Origin: an uncultured Pseudomonadales bacterium
GTDB lineage: Bacteria > Patescibacteriota > Microgenomatia > UBA1400 > PJMF01
NCBI GenBank assembly: GCA_964645645.1
Contig: CAZYBC010000006.1
Location: forward strand, 1-63,224
DNA: 63,224 nt
Reading direction: 5' to 3'
Position numbers and translations under genes: made by a program. Shown here piece by piece: positions 19,847 through 29,929 of this stretch; the first letter of the stretch is position 1; each line of letters begins with the position of its first letter. A model generated the notes under the pieces. The model searched no databases and was not told the origin of the DNA. It saw only the letters and a list, made by a program, of their open reading frames with translations.

Positions 19847-21619
19847 TTAGATTTTGTCTAACCAAATTTTCTTTTTCTTAACCAAACTTTGATATATAAG
19901 AAAAGCTAAATAGCCTCCACAAAGAATTGCTCCTGTCCAAATTAAAGGATACCATTGACCACCAGTATATTGTAATTCTAGTGTTCCATTACCTGTCACA
20001 TCTGCTTGCATAAATCCATAACGACCTTCTTGATAAGGTAAAGTTACTTTTTTATTATTGTTGTCAGCTTGCCAGGTAAATTTGTAACCGGCATAAAACA
20101 AGCGAGGAAATTCAAAGGCAGTTTTTTTCCCTTCATTGTTACTAATTTCAGCCAAAAGATAAGGCGTCTCGTTAACAATTATTTTTGCCGAAGGAGTTGC
20201 TTCAACATTATTAGTTACAGCAATAATTTCATAAGGACGATCATCAGCTGTTTCAAAATTAGCTTTAGTTTCAGAAGGCAAATATTCTCTTTCTACACCC
20301 ATAGCCTGAATGATTGAATGAGTCGTGTAATCAATTTGACCTAATTCATATAATTCAAAATTATTAAACACAAAAGTAAAAACAATTATAAAAACTGCTA
20401 AAACACCCAATAATATTTTCTTTGTCCTAGTAATTTTAGAAATTAATGAAAAAGGGAGAGCGATTAATAATGATAAAACTGGAGTCACTTCTAAAAGTAA
20501 TCTATGTGGATACTGAACAAAAGCAAAAAATTCTGGTAAATGCAACCAAATTTGTTTTGAATTTACCAGGACAAGAAGACCAACAAATAAAGCCACTAAA
20601 GAATTAAAAAATTGATAATTTTTTATTTTCTTACGGACTTTAGGAAAAAGCACAATAAATAAAATAAAAAACAATAAAACTACAATATTAAAAACAGCAG
20701 TTAAACTTCTAATTTTAAAATTCCATACATCAAGTTGTAAATCAAACATCATAGAAAATGGCAGATTCTGACCAGCAACATTTTCAATATTATATGGATA
20801 AGCAGTGCCAAAAATAACATGAGCTTTAAGCAGGTATTGTTGAACCAGTAGACTCCAAAATGGAGCTGTCATTAAACAAATCATTATTCCAGATAAAAAA
20901 AGACTAATAATAGCAGCTTTCTTTTTTTTAAGAAAAAGAAAATTAATTACTAATAATAAGCCAAAGATAATATAAGTAATAAAAGCAGTAACCAAATGTG
21001 TCCAAGTAATTAAAGTCATACTAATCACAAAAGCAAAAAGAAATGATGAAAACTTTTCTTTTACAAAATAATATAAACTAAGCAATAAGATTGGCAAAAA
21101 CACAAAGCAAAGACTAGAACTCATCCCGCCTCGCCAGTAATAATCCATTTGCAGATAAGGTGCCGATAAATAGAATACACTTGCAAAAAAAGCGACTGTT
21201 GTATTATTAGAAACTTTTTTGGCTAAATGATACATCGCTAAACCACTGCCAAACATAGTTAGAAAACTAAAAACTCTAATAGCTAAAAGAGTGGAATTAA
21301 TACCTACCTTAGACATAACAAAAGCAATAAAGGCAGGAATTAAATGAGCAAGGGGCGGATAAAATAAATGGGTTCCATAGCCAAAATCATGAAAAATAAG
21401 TGGTGAAATAGCAAATGAAGCTAAAGAATTATGCTGAAAAGTAGATCTTATCTGTAAAGCAAAAACATTGCCTAAATGAAACAGTAAATCATAGCCTTTA
21501 GGAATGAGCTTAAGGCTTAAATGAGTACTATAAATCAATGAGATGACTGCAATCAAAAACAATAAAAATGCCGATGTTTTATATTTTTTAAAAAAAGGTA
21601 ACAAATTTAATTTACTCAT
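19847..21619 (-). CDS. PTPS-related / YfhO-like polytopic membrane glycosyltransferase-like protein
   Basis: 590 aa; YDLLFH, FYPPL, QYPHR, EYLP and FPRLFYAGY motifs. Confidence 0.7.
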   Translation of the reverse strand: MSKLNLLPFFKKYKTSAFLLFLIAVISLIYSTHLSLKLIPKGYDLLFHLGNVFALQIRSTFQHNSLASFAISPLIFHDFGYGTHLFYPPLAHLIPAFIAFVMSKVGINSTLLAIRVFSFLTMFGSGLAMYHLAKKVSNNTTVAFFASVFYLSAPYLQMDYYWRGGMSSSLCFVFLPILLLSLYYFVKEKFSSFLFAFVISMTLITWTHLVTAFITYIIFGLLLVINFLFLKKKKAAIISLFLSGIMICLMTAPFWSLLVQQYLLKAHVIFGTAYPYNIENVAGQNLPFSMMFDLQLDVWNFKIRSLTAVFNIVVLLFFILFIVLFPKVRKKIKNYQFFNSLVALFVGLLVLVNSKQIWLHLPEFFAFVQYPHRLLLEVTPVLSLLIALPFSLISKITRTKKILLGVLAVFIIVFTFVFNNFELYELGQIDYTTHSIIQAMGVEREYLPSETKANFETADDRPYEIIAVTNNVEATPSAKIIVNETPYLLAEISNNEGKKTAFEFPRLFYAGYKFTWQADNNNKKVTLPYQEGRYGFMQADVTGNGTLELQYTGGQWYPLIWTGAILCGGYLAFLIYQSLVKKKKIWLDKI

Positions 21620-21725
21620 ATTAATATCTAAAAGGCTTATTTTTTAATAAAACTATTATAGTCAATAAAAAATTTTTCTTTAAGCCTAAGTTTTAGATAA
21701 TTTAATTAGTCTTTAAGCAAAATTC

Positions 21726-24011
21726 CTATATTGGGCATGCTCCGCTATCGCATTTAAGATGTTCCAAGCTAATATCTTCCAACAATTTATCTTCTCCACC
21801 GGTAGCCATCCCAATTTCACGCACCATCTTCATAAAATCATTAATGGTGACAGATTCTTCTGGTTGATACTCGTAAGCGGTGGCGTCAATCTTAGGCATG
21901 ACGCTACAAGTTTTAATTAAAGGTTGATATTTTCTAACCATGCTTGAGAATTTTCTAAAACTCACTTTGTCTGGATCATACTTAAGGGTATAAGAGACTT
22001 GATTACCAATATCTGGTAATGGCTTACCTTGTTCGTCTACACCCACAATCCAATATTTTTCTAATAACATCAACCATTTATATTGTTCTTCTGGGCTAGC
22101 TTCACTGGCGGTTAACAATTTATCTTTCATGCCTAATTTACAAATTTCTGGTTGAGTAGGAAACCCAATTGCCACTGTGCCAGTATAGCTTTTCAATTCC
22201 TTAATGGGATATTTCATCCGGCGATATTTTTTGATTATTGGGTCATCATCTCTAAACTGCACCCATCTAATGTATTCGCGCATGGCTGGTAAATGAGCGC
22301 CTTCTGAAAGAGCAAAGAGCTTGGACACAGTCCCAGATGGTTTAATAGTCGTATTGGTATGAGGAACATTAACTTTAAGATATTTAGCGTAGTTCTCAGC
22401 TTCTTGCACCACTGCTCGCTTAAATCTAGCAATGCTATTCCAAAAATCTTGAGATTTTTCTTCATCAATTAAATCACGAAAGCCATAGCCAAAAGCATTC
22501 CAGGCATATTCATGAATAGCAGTAATGCCTACCCCAATCCGATTGGTACGTTTCACTTCTCGTGAATATAAACAATCCATGGTATTAACTCTCATTAAAG
22601 CGCGCACGGCCACTCTGAAAGCTTCTTCAGCAGCATCAATGTCTGGAGCATAATAAGGAACAACGTCAGCAATCACACAGTATCCGCCCAACATATTAAG
22701 GGTGATTTCACCACAGGGATTAGGAATCTGGGTGTAATACTTAGCATTGGCTTTTTTAGCCACATCAGATAACATCTGAGTGGTTTTTTTCATGGGATGA
22801 TATTTTTTGCTTTGAGCATATTTGCCATCCAAATAACCATCATAGCCTTCATCATTCTGCACTAAACGATGTTGATTAACAAAACCTGGTTCACCAGTGC
22901 GATCATAATAGCTAGCGCGTAGAACTGCTTCTAAAACTTTCTTGGAATGTTTACTGCGTTGTTTCCAAAATTTATCATCAACAGCTACGCTATTGTTAGC
23001 GGACCATAAAAAGCCACCTTTTTTGATGCTAATAAATTCAAAAATACCAGCATCAGTCCAAATTTTAGTAGCAATTCTGGCCGCTCTTCTTGCCCCACCA
23101 ACTAACACACATTCGGATAAATAGTGATCAACATAAATGGCTTGTTTCCATCTATCCATGCCAGCATTTTTAACAGTGGCCACTTTTTGTAAGGCTTTAA
23201 TTAAAGGTCTTGGTCCAGAAGCGGGCCGTTTTTGCATACCTTGAATTGGTTGACCTTTAGCTCTAATTTTGGAAAAGTCTAAAATTAAGACATCATCTTT
23301 ATATTTCTTTTCAAAAGCCATGGTTTCAATTTTTTCCACTACCTGAGCCCAACCTTCTCTGGTATCTGGGACTTCAAACCAATGGACATCTTTATATTTT
23401 TTACGTGCCTCACGCATGCTTTCATCTTCTCCCCAGATAAAATCAGCGTGATTTTCATCCAAAACACAATGGATAATTGGCATGTAATCCCAATCCACCA
23501 CCATTAAATCATCATCGTAAGAACGACCCACTCCAGAACCATTGAGTAATAAATAAAACAATAAAAATGAGCTAGAAGCAGTACTACAGTTAGTAAAAAC
23601 TTCCATGTTGCGTTCTGGCTGATCAACATCGCCATGTTGTAAATGTCGGCCACTCATCAATAAAGAAGCATTGGCAATATGTTTTTTTAATAATTCATAT
23701 TCAGCTTCTTGATGATTTTTATCTTTAGCTACTAGCATTGAATTGCCAAGAGCCACCCGGTGAGCTACTTCGCCCCATTCTTCCAAATTACCTTTTTCAT
23801 CAGTACGTAGATAAGTACGTTTGGCAACTGCTTCACCTAAACCTTTAGCTAATTTGCGCACGGTAAATTTCATTTTTTTCTTAGGCAGATCTTGAGTTTC
23901 TTGAGCATGAGGCATCAGTTTAATTTTTTCAGCTTTTGCTTCAGTTGAAACTTTTTTAACAACTGGGGTTGAATTTTTGCGGTGGTTCATAATTAATATT
24001 TCCTTATCCAA
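21726..24011 (-). CDS. nrdJ: Class II (adenosylcobalamin-dependent) ribonucleotide reductase
   Basis: FTNCS, PNPCGEI, GYCVIAD, TIKPSGTVS and C-terminal CDSGACPI; follows nrdR; no beta subunit or activase adjacent. Confidence 0.85.
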   Translation of the reverse strand: MDKEILIMNHRKNSTPVVKKVSTEAKAEKIKLMPHAQETQDLPKKKMKFTVRKLAKGLGEAVAKRTYLRTDEKGNLEEWGEVAHRVALGNSMLVAKDKNHQEAEYELLKKHIANASLLMSGRHLQHGDVDQPERNMEVFTNCSTASSSFLLFYLLLNGSGVGRSYDDDLMVVDWDYMPIIHCVLDENHADFIWGEDESMREARKKYKDVHWFEVPDTREGWAQVVEKIETMAFEKKYKDDVLILDFSKIRAKGQPIQGMQKRPASGPRPLIKALQKVATVKNAGMDRWKQAIYVDHYLSECVLVGGARRAARIATKIWTDAGIFEFISIKKGGFLWSANNSVAVDDKFWKQRSKHSKKVLEAVLRASYYDRTGEPGFVNQHRLVQNDEGYDGYLDGKYAQSKKYHPMKKTTQMLSDVAKKANAKYYTQIPNPCGEITLNMLGGYCVIADVVPYYAPDIDAAEEAFRVAVRALMRVNTMDCLYSREVKRTNRIGVGITAIHEYAWNAFGYGFRDLIDEEKSQDFWNSIARFKRAVVQEAENYAKYLKVNVPHTNTTIKPSGTVSKLFALSEGAHLPAMREYIRWVQFRDDDPIIKKYRRMKYPIKELKSYTGTVAIGFPTQPEICKLGMKDKLLTASEASPEEQYKWLMLLEKYWIVGVDEQGKPLPDIGNQVSYTLKYDPDKVSFRKFSSMVRKYQPLIKTCSVMPKIDATAYEYQPEESVTINDFMKMVREIGMATGGEDKLLEDISLEHLKCDSGACPI

Positions 24012-24015
24012 AAAA

Positions 24016-24480
24016 TTAAGTGTCTTTAACTTGAGTTTTTAATTTATTAATTTCTTGCTCAAAATCTTCAATGCTGTCAAAATCTCGATAAACACAAGCA
24101 AAAAGCAGATAAGACAACTGATCAATCTTTTTTAAACGATTAATCACTAAATTACCAATCTCCCAACTTTTAATCTGGCGAGAGTCTCGCTGTCTAAGCT
24201 TACACTCTACTTCATCTACTAATTTATCAATTTCTTCAATGGTTAATGGTCTTTTCCACGTAGATTTAATTAAGCCACGCCGGATTTTTTCTCGGCTAAA
24301 ATTTTCTTCCGAGCCATCTTTTTTCACTACTTTTAAATCTAAACTTTCTACTCTTTCATAAGTAGTAAACCGCCGCTGACAATCTTCGCAAACCCGACGT
24401 CGGCGAATTGCCTGAGCGTCGTGAGCATCGCGTGAATCAATCACTGCCGTGTTTGCACTGTTGCAGTATGGACATTGCAT
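24016..24480 (-). CDS. nrdR: Transcriptional repressor NrdR
   Basis: MQCPYC...RRRRVCEDCQRRFTTYE Zn ribbon plus ATP cone. Confidence 0.97.
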   Translation of the reverse strand: MQCPYCNSANTAVIDSRDAHDAQAIRRRRVCEDCQRRFTTYERVESLDLKVVKKDGSEENFSREKIRRGLIKSTWKRPLTIEEIDKLVDEVECKLRQRDSRQIKSWEIGNLVINRLKKIDQLSYLLFACVYRDFDSIEDFEQEINKLKTQVKDT

Positions 24481-24548
24481 AAAAACTATTAATTCTAAAC
24501 TTGCACTAAAATAAAGTTATTTCCATACAAATTTAGTTTTTTGGGCAG

Positions 24549-24596
24549 ATTCTATAATTTGTATATTAAATGAATTTCAACCACAAGCTATTGTGT
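24549..24596. promoter_or_regulatory. Tandem NrdR boxes upstream of nrdR-nrdJ
   Basis: ATTCTATAATTTGTAT (24549-24564, 11/16) and CCACAAGCTATTGTGT (24581-24596, 13/16) versus ACACWATATATWGTGT; 32 bp apart. Confidence 0.7.
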
Positions 24597-24674
24597 AAAA
24601 TTTCATCCCGACTCACCCGGGATATAAGAATCGCATAAAATGGAGGGGGATGTCAATAGAGCAAATCGTAACAA

Positions 24675-25220
24675 CTAAGGCTGTTGGAAATCTCTGCTGA
24701 GCATTTCCTTGAGGGCTAAAGTTTCACGCCGTAAAATTTCTAGAGGTTCTTTTTGACTAGGCAAAAATGAGTCCATCATCGAATCCAATTCGCCTAAGTG
24801 ATATTCTATCGAAGCAGCTAAATGTAATTTAACTTCTTTGTCTACGTCACCATTTAAAGCTTCCTGAGCTGCATTATTGAGATATTTTTGGGCTTTAGTA
24901 ATAGTGCTTTGAGCTAAATCTGATTCACCTTTAATTAACAGCTCTTTGGCATAACCTAAACGCCGATGGCTGTAATTAACCTGCAAATAAATTCTCTCTG
25001 TGGGCATAGCCATTTCTAATTTAGCTCGATCTGCCAAGGCAACAGCTGGATAAAACAAATTATCTGGCAAAATTTCTTTACCTAAATAAAGTTTGCGACT
25101 ACTAATAGAGTTTTGTGTATAAGCTTGGCTAGCGGCAGCACTAGATAAAGAAACCAAAACAATTGTTCCTCCTAGCAATAAACTACAAGCACAAATAATA
25201 AAACGAAATTTTTTTAGCAT
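24675..25220 (-). CDS. DUF5667-like membrane-anchored protein
   Basis: N-terminal TM, then ILPDNLFYP...DR motif and helical domain; start set at ATG 25220 (ORF track 25325). Confidence 0.65.
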   Translation of the reverse strand: MLKKFRFIICACSLLLGGTIVLVSLSSAAASQAYTQNSISSRKLYLGKEILPDNLFYPAVALADRAKLEMAMPTERIYLQVNYSHRRLGYAKELLIKGESDLAQSTITKAQKYLNNAAQEALNGDVDKEVKLHLAASIEYHLGELDSMMDSFLPSQKEPLEILRRETLALKEMLSRDFQQP

Positions 25221-25294
25221 AAAATAAATTTTATTGCTTTCACTTCTAAAATGAGCTGACATTATACCATTATTGTGTTTTTGTAATTTAAAAT

Positions 25295-26005
25295 CTAAAA
25301 ATGAACTAATAAAACCATGCCCCATAAGGCTTGAGACAAAATTAAACTATAAGCATTTTCATAACTAGTAAATAAGAAAGCTTGACCAATTCCAAATAAA
25401 AACATCAAGATAAATTGATAAAGAATTGCCGCCCCATCAAAGCGGAGAACAGCATTAGGTAAATGAAACAAAGTAAAAATCAAAGCAGCTATCAGTATTC
25501 TCGTGAATAAAGCAGATTTATGTAATTTTTGGTTAATGACCACCATGACAAAACTAAAGAAAAATAAAGTTTCCCAAAAACTCGTTAATAAAGCCAAGAA
25601 AAATTCCCACCAAAAACGATCAGAAGTAAAAAGCAAAACTGGTTGCACTTGACCACCTTTAGTCAAAATGGCCAAAAAGCTAGCCACAAAACCATAAATG
25701 CCGCCTACTGCTAAACCCAACATCAAACCGGGTTTTAACTTACTAAAAGCAAAAGTCTGGCTGATTTCTTTAACATTAGTAATACTAACATAAGCCCAAA
25801 CTGGTAAAGCAAAAAAGATCGCTTTACCAATGGTTTCATCAAACCAAACTGGGAAATTAAACAACTGGCGATAAAGAATCCAGAGTAAAAAAACTAAAAA
25901 TAACAACGGCCAAAAAGCCAAATGATGATGTTTTGCTAGACTGATAGTTCTAGTAATTTTTTTAGATGGGCTGGTTTTAGTCTGTCTTTTTTTTGATGGC
26001 ATCAA
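25295..26005 (-). CDS. CPBP/Abi (CAAX-protease-like) intramembrane protein
   Basis: Multi-TM; FWETLFF (degenerate EExxxR) and FTLFHLPN motifs. Confidence 0.65.
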   Translation of the reverse strand: MMPSKKRQTKTSPSKKITRTISLAKHHHLAFWPLLFLVFLLWILYRQLFNFPVWFDETIGKAIFFALPVWAYVSITNVKEISQTFAFSKLKPGLMLGLAVGGIYGFVASFLAILTKGGQVQPVLLFTSDRFWWEFFLALLTSFWETLFFFSFVMVVINQKLHKSALFTRILIAALIFTLFHLPNAVLRFDGAAILYQFILMFLFGIGQAFLFTSYENAYSLILSQALWGMVLLVHF

Positions 26006-26618
26006 GAACGATCTCTAAAGTTTGTTGCTTGTTAGTTGAATAAGTATCAATAACAATATCGTAAAGATCTTTGCGCCAAAAATCAATTGGATCTGAGTCT
26101 TTAGCCTTACCAGTCGCCACTACCCATTCTTGCCATTGATCTTTATACATTCTCTGCCATTTGGCTAAATTAGTATTATAACGAGCAGTGATATGTTCTT
26201 TAGCTTCTTCAGCTGTAATTTCGTCTCGATTAATAATCCTATCTACTCTGACACTTGGATCTGAACAAATCATTAAAACCTTAAGAGTACCTTGTACTCC
26301 TTGAGCCAAAAAACCAGATAACCAAGACTCAATAATCCACTTTTCTTCTTTTTCAAGTTTTTCTCTCATCCCCATATCAACTTGACGGTCAAAATCATCA
26401 CTATAAGCACTAGCATCATGATGAATTTTTTTACTATCATTAAATAAACCTTTTTCAACTGCGTAAGCCCGCATAAATTCACCACCACTAAAACCAGTCC
26501 ATTTATCAAACTTTAATTCTTCACGCAACATATTTAATAAAGTAGTTGAGCCAGCTCCAGGTAAACCAGAAATGGTGATGTTCTTATAAAAATATTGAAT
26601 AGCGGAATTTTCTGACAT
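25977..26618 (-). CDS. Second (d)CMP kinase-like P-loop kinase, archaeal-type family
   Basis: ITISGLPGAGSTT, SGGEFMR, DRQVD, IIESWLSG and IVIDT motifs. Confidence 0.75.
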   Translation of the reverse strand: MSENSAIQYFYKNITISGLPGAGSTTLLNMLREELKFDKWTGFSGGEFMRAYAVEKGLFNDSKKIHHDASAYSDDFDRQVDMGMREKLEKEEKWIIESWLSGFLAQGVQGTLKVLMICSDPSVRVDRIINRDEITAEEAKEHITARYNTNLAKWQRMYKDQWQEWVVATGKAKDSDPIDFWRKDLYDIVIDTYSTNKQQTLEIVLDAIKKKTD

Positions 26619-26667
26619 GAAGAAGTCTTTCTTAAACTTTTATATAAGATGTCTAATTATAACTCAT

Positions 26668-27159
26668 TTATTTATACTGTTGATGAATGCAATCGCAAGC
26701 CCGTTGCATAGCTTGAGTAAGCTGTGCAACTTTTTGTTCAGCTTCTTTTAAAGAAAGAGATTTGTCTTGTTTGGGAAAGTAATGAAAAACTTGATTACGA
26801 CATTCTAACCAAGCTTGCCACAATTCTCTAGCAATATCCTTGCCACACACTCTTACCACATCATCATAAAGCCACCAATTATCACGCTGTTCTGGATAGA
26901 TATCAGGATTTAATGCTCTCCCAATTCTAAACCGCCGGCTAAAATAAACTTCTTTAGAAATCAATTTTAATTCTAATAAAAATTTTTTCAAAAAACCTTC
27001 ATAAACTTTAGCTATCCCAAAAACCAATAATGAATAGTCATGTTCAGGTTGATCACCTATTTCATTAGCTTTTTTGATAAAATATTGAGTGGTATTAATT
27101 AACTTTTTTTGTGACTCATCCAAACAAAGATACCAACTGGTTAAATTTACATTATTCAT
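26668..27159 (-). CDS. HEPN-domain protein (RnlA/RNase LS C-terminal-like)
   Basis: DYSLLVF..AKVYEGFLKK and an intact RxxxxH motif RNQVFH. Confidence 0.6.
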   Translation of the reverse strand: MNNVNLTSWYLCLDESQKKLINTTQYFIKKANEIGDQPEHDYSLLVFGIAKVYEGFLKKFLLELKLISKEVYFSRRFRIGRALNPDIYPEQRDNWWLYDDVVRVCGKDIARELWQAWLECRNQVFHYFPKQDKSLSLKEAEQKVAQLTQAMQRACDCIHQQYK

Positions 27160-27219
27160 AGTTATTAACGATAATAGAAAAATAAACTATCGTTAGCAAG
27201 AGCAAAAGCCACACTATCT

Positions 27220-29925
27220 ATGGCAAAAAACAAACACTTCTCACCTCACCAGAAGAAAAAAATTATTAATCATGCTTTAAATGGTCAATTAACTGAAAAA
27301 AAAACTAGCAAACAAAAAATTAGCCAGCTGCTTAAACAGGCTGAAAAGCTCAATTCTCAAAAATCTCAAATAACTTCATTGCCAGCTCCTTTTCAAGAGT
27401 CTGCTAAACCTAAAAAGTTAAACTGGCAATTAATCAAAACTGTTTTTCAAAAATCAGCTAACTTAACTATTTATTTATGGAATTTCTTTTGGGGCAAAAG
27501 AGCAAGCTCTACAGCTAGCCTTACTCAAACTTCATCAACTCAAGCAAATCCAATCGCTGATTCACCTGTTATTAACACTCCATCACCTTCTGACTATAAC
27601 GTCTTAGCCATCATTAAAAGATTAAAATTACTAGCAAATAAAATCCGAAGCTTATTTGGCCAAAAACTCAACAAAACACCAAGAATTAAAAAAATACTGC
27701 GAATCATTTTATTTCCAATTTTAAACCCATTTTGTAGATATGGAGTAATTATTTTATTTTTTGGATTTTTTATTTGGTTAGGCGTATTGGCCAGTGAGTT
27801 ACCTTCACCAAAAAGAATTGCTACTACTGATAACTTTGCGGTGAGTACTCAAATTTTTGATCGTAATGGTGAACTACTTTATGAAATTTTTGCCAAAGAA
27901 AATCGCACGCCCATTGCCCTCAAAGATTTACCTCCTTATGTTTATCAAGCCACCATTGCTATCGAAGATAAAAACTTTTATAAACACTTTGGCATTGATA
28001 TCCAAGGCATTGTCAGAGCAATTATTAATAATCTTAAAAAAGAAACTGTTTCTGGTGGCTCCACAATCACTCAACAATTAGTCAAAAATGCGCTTTTATC
28101 TAGAGAAAAAACTTTCCAACGTAAAATTAAAGAGGCATTGCTTTCTGTTCTCACCGAAATGATGTACACCAAAGAAGAAATCTTAGAAATGTACCTTAAT
28201 TACATTTCTTATGGCGGAACTTCTCTAGGAATTGAAGCTGCTGCCAATAGCTACTTTGATAAACATGCTAAAGATTTAACTTTAGGTGAAGCGGCTTTAC
28301 TAGCTGGTTTACCCCAAGCTCCAAGCAAATATTCGCCCTTTGGCTCTAACCCTCAACAAGCTAAAAACCGACAATTCGATGTTTTAAGGCGAATGAGAGA
28401 AGATGGATATATCAGTCCAGAAGAAGAAAAACGAGCACAAGAAGAAATTTTGGAGTATGCGCTTAGCCAAACCGAAATCAAGGCTCCTCACTTCGTCTTT
28501 TATGTGCGTGATTTACTTTATGAAAAATATGGTGAAGAAAAAGTCCAGAAAGGTGGTTTACGCGTTACCACTACTCTGGACTTAAATTTACAAAACGTCG
28601 CGCAAGCTTCTTTATCAGCTAAAATGAAAACAGTTGGCCCTCGCTATAAAGCCGGTAATGCTGCCGCTTTAGTCACCAAACCTAACACCGGTGAAATTTT
28701 AGCCATGATAGGAAGTAAAGATTACTTTGATGCTACCGCTGATGGACAAGTCAATGTTACTATTTCTAATCGCCAACCTGGTTCTTCAATCAAGCCAATC
28801 ATGTATGCCACTACTTTCCAACAAAAAACACTCAGCCCAGGAACCATTTTATTAGATAAGCCTACTTGCTTTGGCATTACTGGTCAAAAAAATTATTGCC
28901 CTAAAAACTATGATGGCTCTTTTAATGGACCATTAACTGTTAGGCAATCTTTGGCAAACTCTTTAAACATCCCGGCAGTTAAAGCTTTATCTACTATTGG
29001 AGTAGCAACTTTTATCAACCAAGCAAATAAAATGGGCATTGAAAGTTGGCAAGATCCTACCCAATACGGCTTATCTTTAACTCTTGGTGGCGGTGAAGTA
29101 AAAATGACTGAAATGGCTCAAGCTTTTGGGGTAATTGCTAATCAGGGAGTTAAAGTTCCCCTTACTCCTATCTTAGAGGTTAAAGATTATCAGGGAAATG
29201 TTTTAGAAAGTGTTAATACTCAACAACGTTTGTTAGATTTAACTTATTTAACTGAATACGAAAGCAGCAATAAAAATGACCTAGAAAGAGTCATGGATCG
29301 CGCGCCAGCTTATCTAGTTGCTCATATTATGCAAGATGACCAAGCCAGATCCAGAGTTTTTGGCATGAAAACCAAATTAACTATTCCTGGCCAAATCGTT
29401 AGCGCCAAAACAGGTACAACAAATAATTCTAAAGATAACTGGACTGTTGGTTTTACTCCAGAATTTTTAACTGTTATATGGGTTGGAAATAATAATAGTA
29501 ATCCAATGGCTTATTCAGCCGATGGCATTACCACTGCTGCCCCAATTTGGAACGACATTATGAGCTATATTCTCAAAGATAAAGAAGCAATTTTATTAGA
29601 CAAGCCAGATGATGTTAAAGCTGGCATGGTCTGCGTTAGCGGCATGCCACCCAGCAAAGAAAGTGGTGAAGGCTGTGGCTCAATGACCAACGATCTTTAT
29701 TGGGAAAAAAGCCAACCAGCAAATAGCAAACAAATCACTAAAGACATGTGGATTGACCCAACCACTGGCCAACCACCCAAATATGGCGAACAAAAAGAAG
29801 GTTTAATCTTAGAAAACCACACTTTATACACTGATCCTACTGGCGATTCTCTATGTACTAATTGTATTCTGCCCACCAACGAAGAAGGTAAGATCATTTA
29901 TGATCCTTACCTAGTTAAACCTTAA
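27220..29925 (+). CDS. Class A penicillin-binding protein with a long N-terminal extension
   Basis: EDKNFYKHFG, GGSTITQQLVKN; GSSIKP, SLN and KTGT; TM at about aa 175-190. Confidence 0.95.
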   Translation: MAKNKHFSPHQKKKIINHALNGQLTEKKTSKQKISQLLKQAEKLNSQKSQITSLPAPFQESAKPKKLNWQLIKTVFQKSANLTIYLWNFFWGKRASSTASLTQTSSTQANPIADSPVINTPSPSDYNVLAIIKRLKLLANKIRSLFGQKLNKTPRIKKILRIILFPILNPFCRYGVIILFFGFFIWLGVLASELPSPKRIATTDNFAVSTQIFDRNGELLYEIFAKENRTPIALKDLPPYVYQATIAIEDKNFYKHFGIDIQGIVRAIINNLKKETVSGGSTITQQLVKNALLSREKTFQRKIKEALLSVLTEMMYTKEEILEMYLNYISYGGTSLGIEAAANSYFDKHAKDLTLGEAALLAGLPQAPSKYSPFGSNPQQAKNRQFDVLRRMREDGYISPEEEKRAQEEILEYALSQTEIKAPHFVFYVRDLLYEKYGEEKVQKGGLRVTTTLDLNLQNVAQASLSAKMKTVGPRYKAGNAAALVTKPNTGEILAMIGSKDYFDATADGQVNVTISNRQPGSSIKPIMYATTFQQKTLSPGTILLDKPTCFGITGQKNYCPKNYDGSFNGPLTVRQSLANSLNIPAVKALSTIGVATFINQANKMGIESWQDPTQYGLSLTLGGGEVKMTEMAQAFGVIANQGVKVPLTPILEVKDYQGNVLESVNTQQRLLDLTYLTEYESSNKNDLERVMDRAPAYLVAHIMQDDQARSRVFGMKTKLTIPGQIVSAKTGTTNNSKDNWTVGFTPEFLTVIWVGNNNSNPMAYSADGITTAAPIWNDIMSYILKDKEAILLDKPDDVKAGMVCVSGMPPSKESGEGCGSMTNDLYWEKSQPANSKQITKDMWIDPTTGQPPKYGEQKEGLILENHTLYTDPTGDSLCTNCILPTNEEGKIIYDPYLVKP

Positions 29926-29929
29926 ATTT

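Noticed and set aside
19847-21619. Recent horizontal transfer of the PTPS-related gene
   Set aside because: It looks AT-rich, but membrane-protein codon bias can explain this, and no flanking repeats or mobility genes are seen
21726-24011. Intein, intron or cobalamin riboswitch at the RNR locus
   Set aside because: Length and motif spacing are normal, with no splicing motifs; the leader shows NrdR boxes but no recognisable B12 box
24605-24623. Hairpin ATCCCG-ACTCACC-CGGGAT as a terminator
   Set aside because: 6-bp stem with no U-tract on the transcribed strand; not supportable
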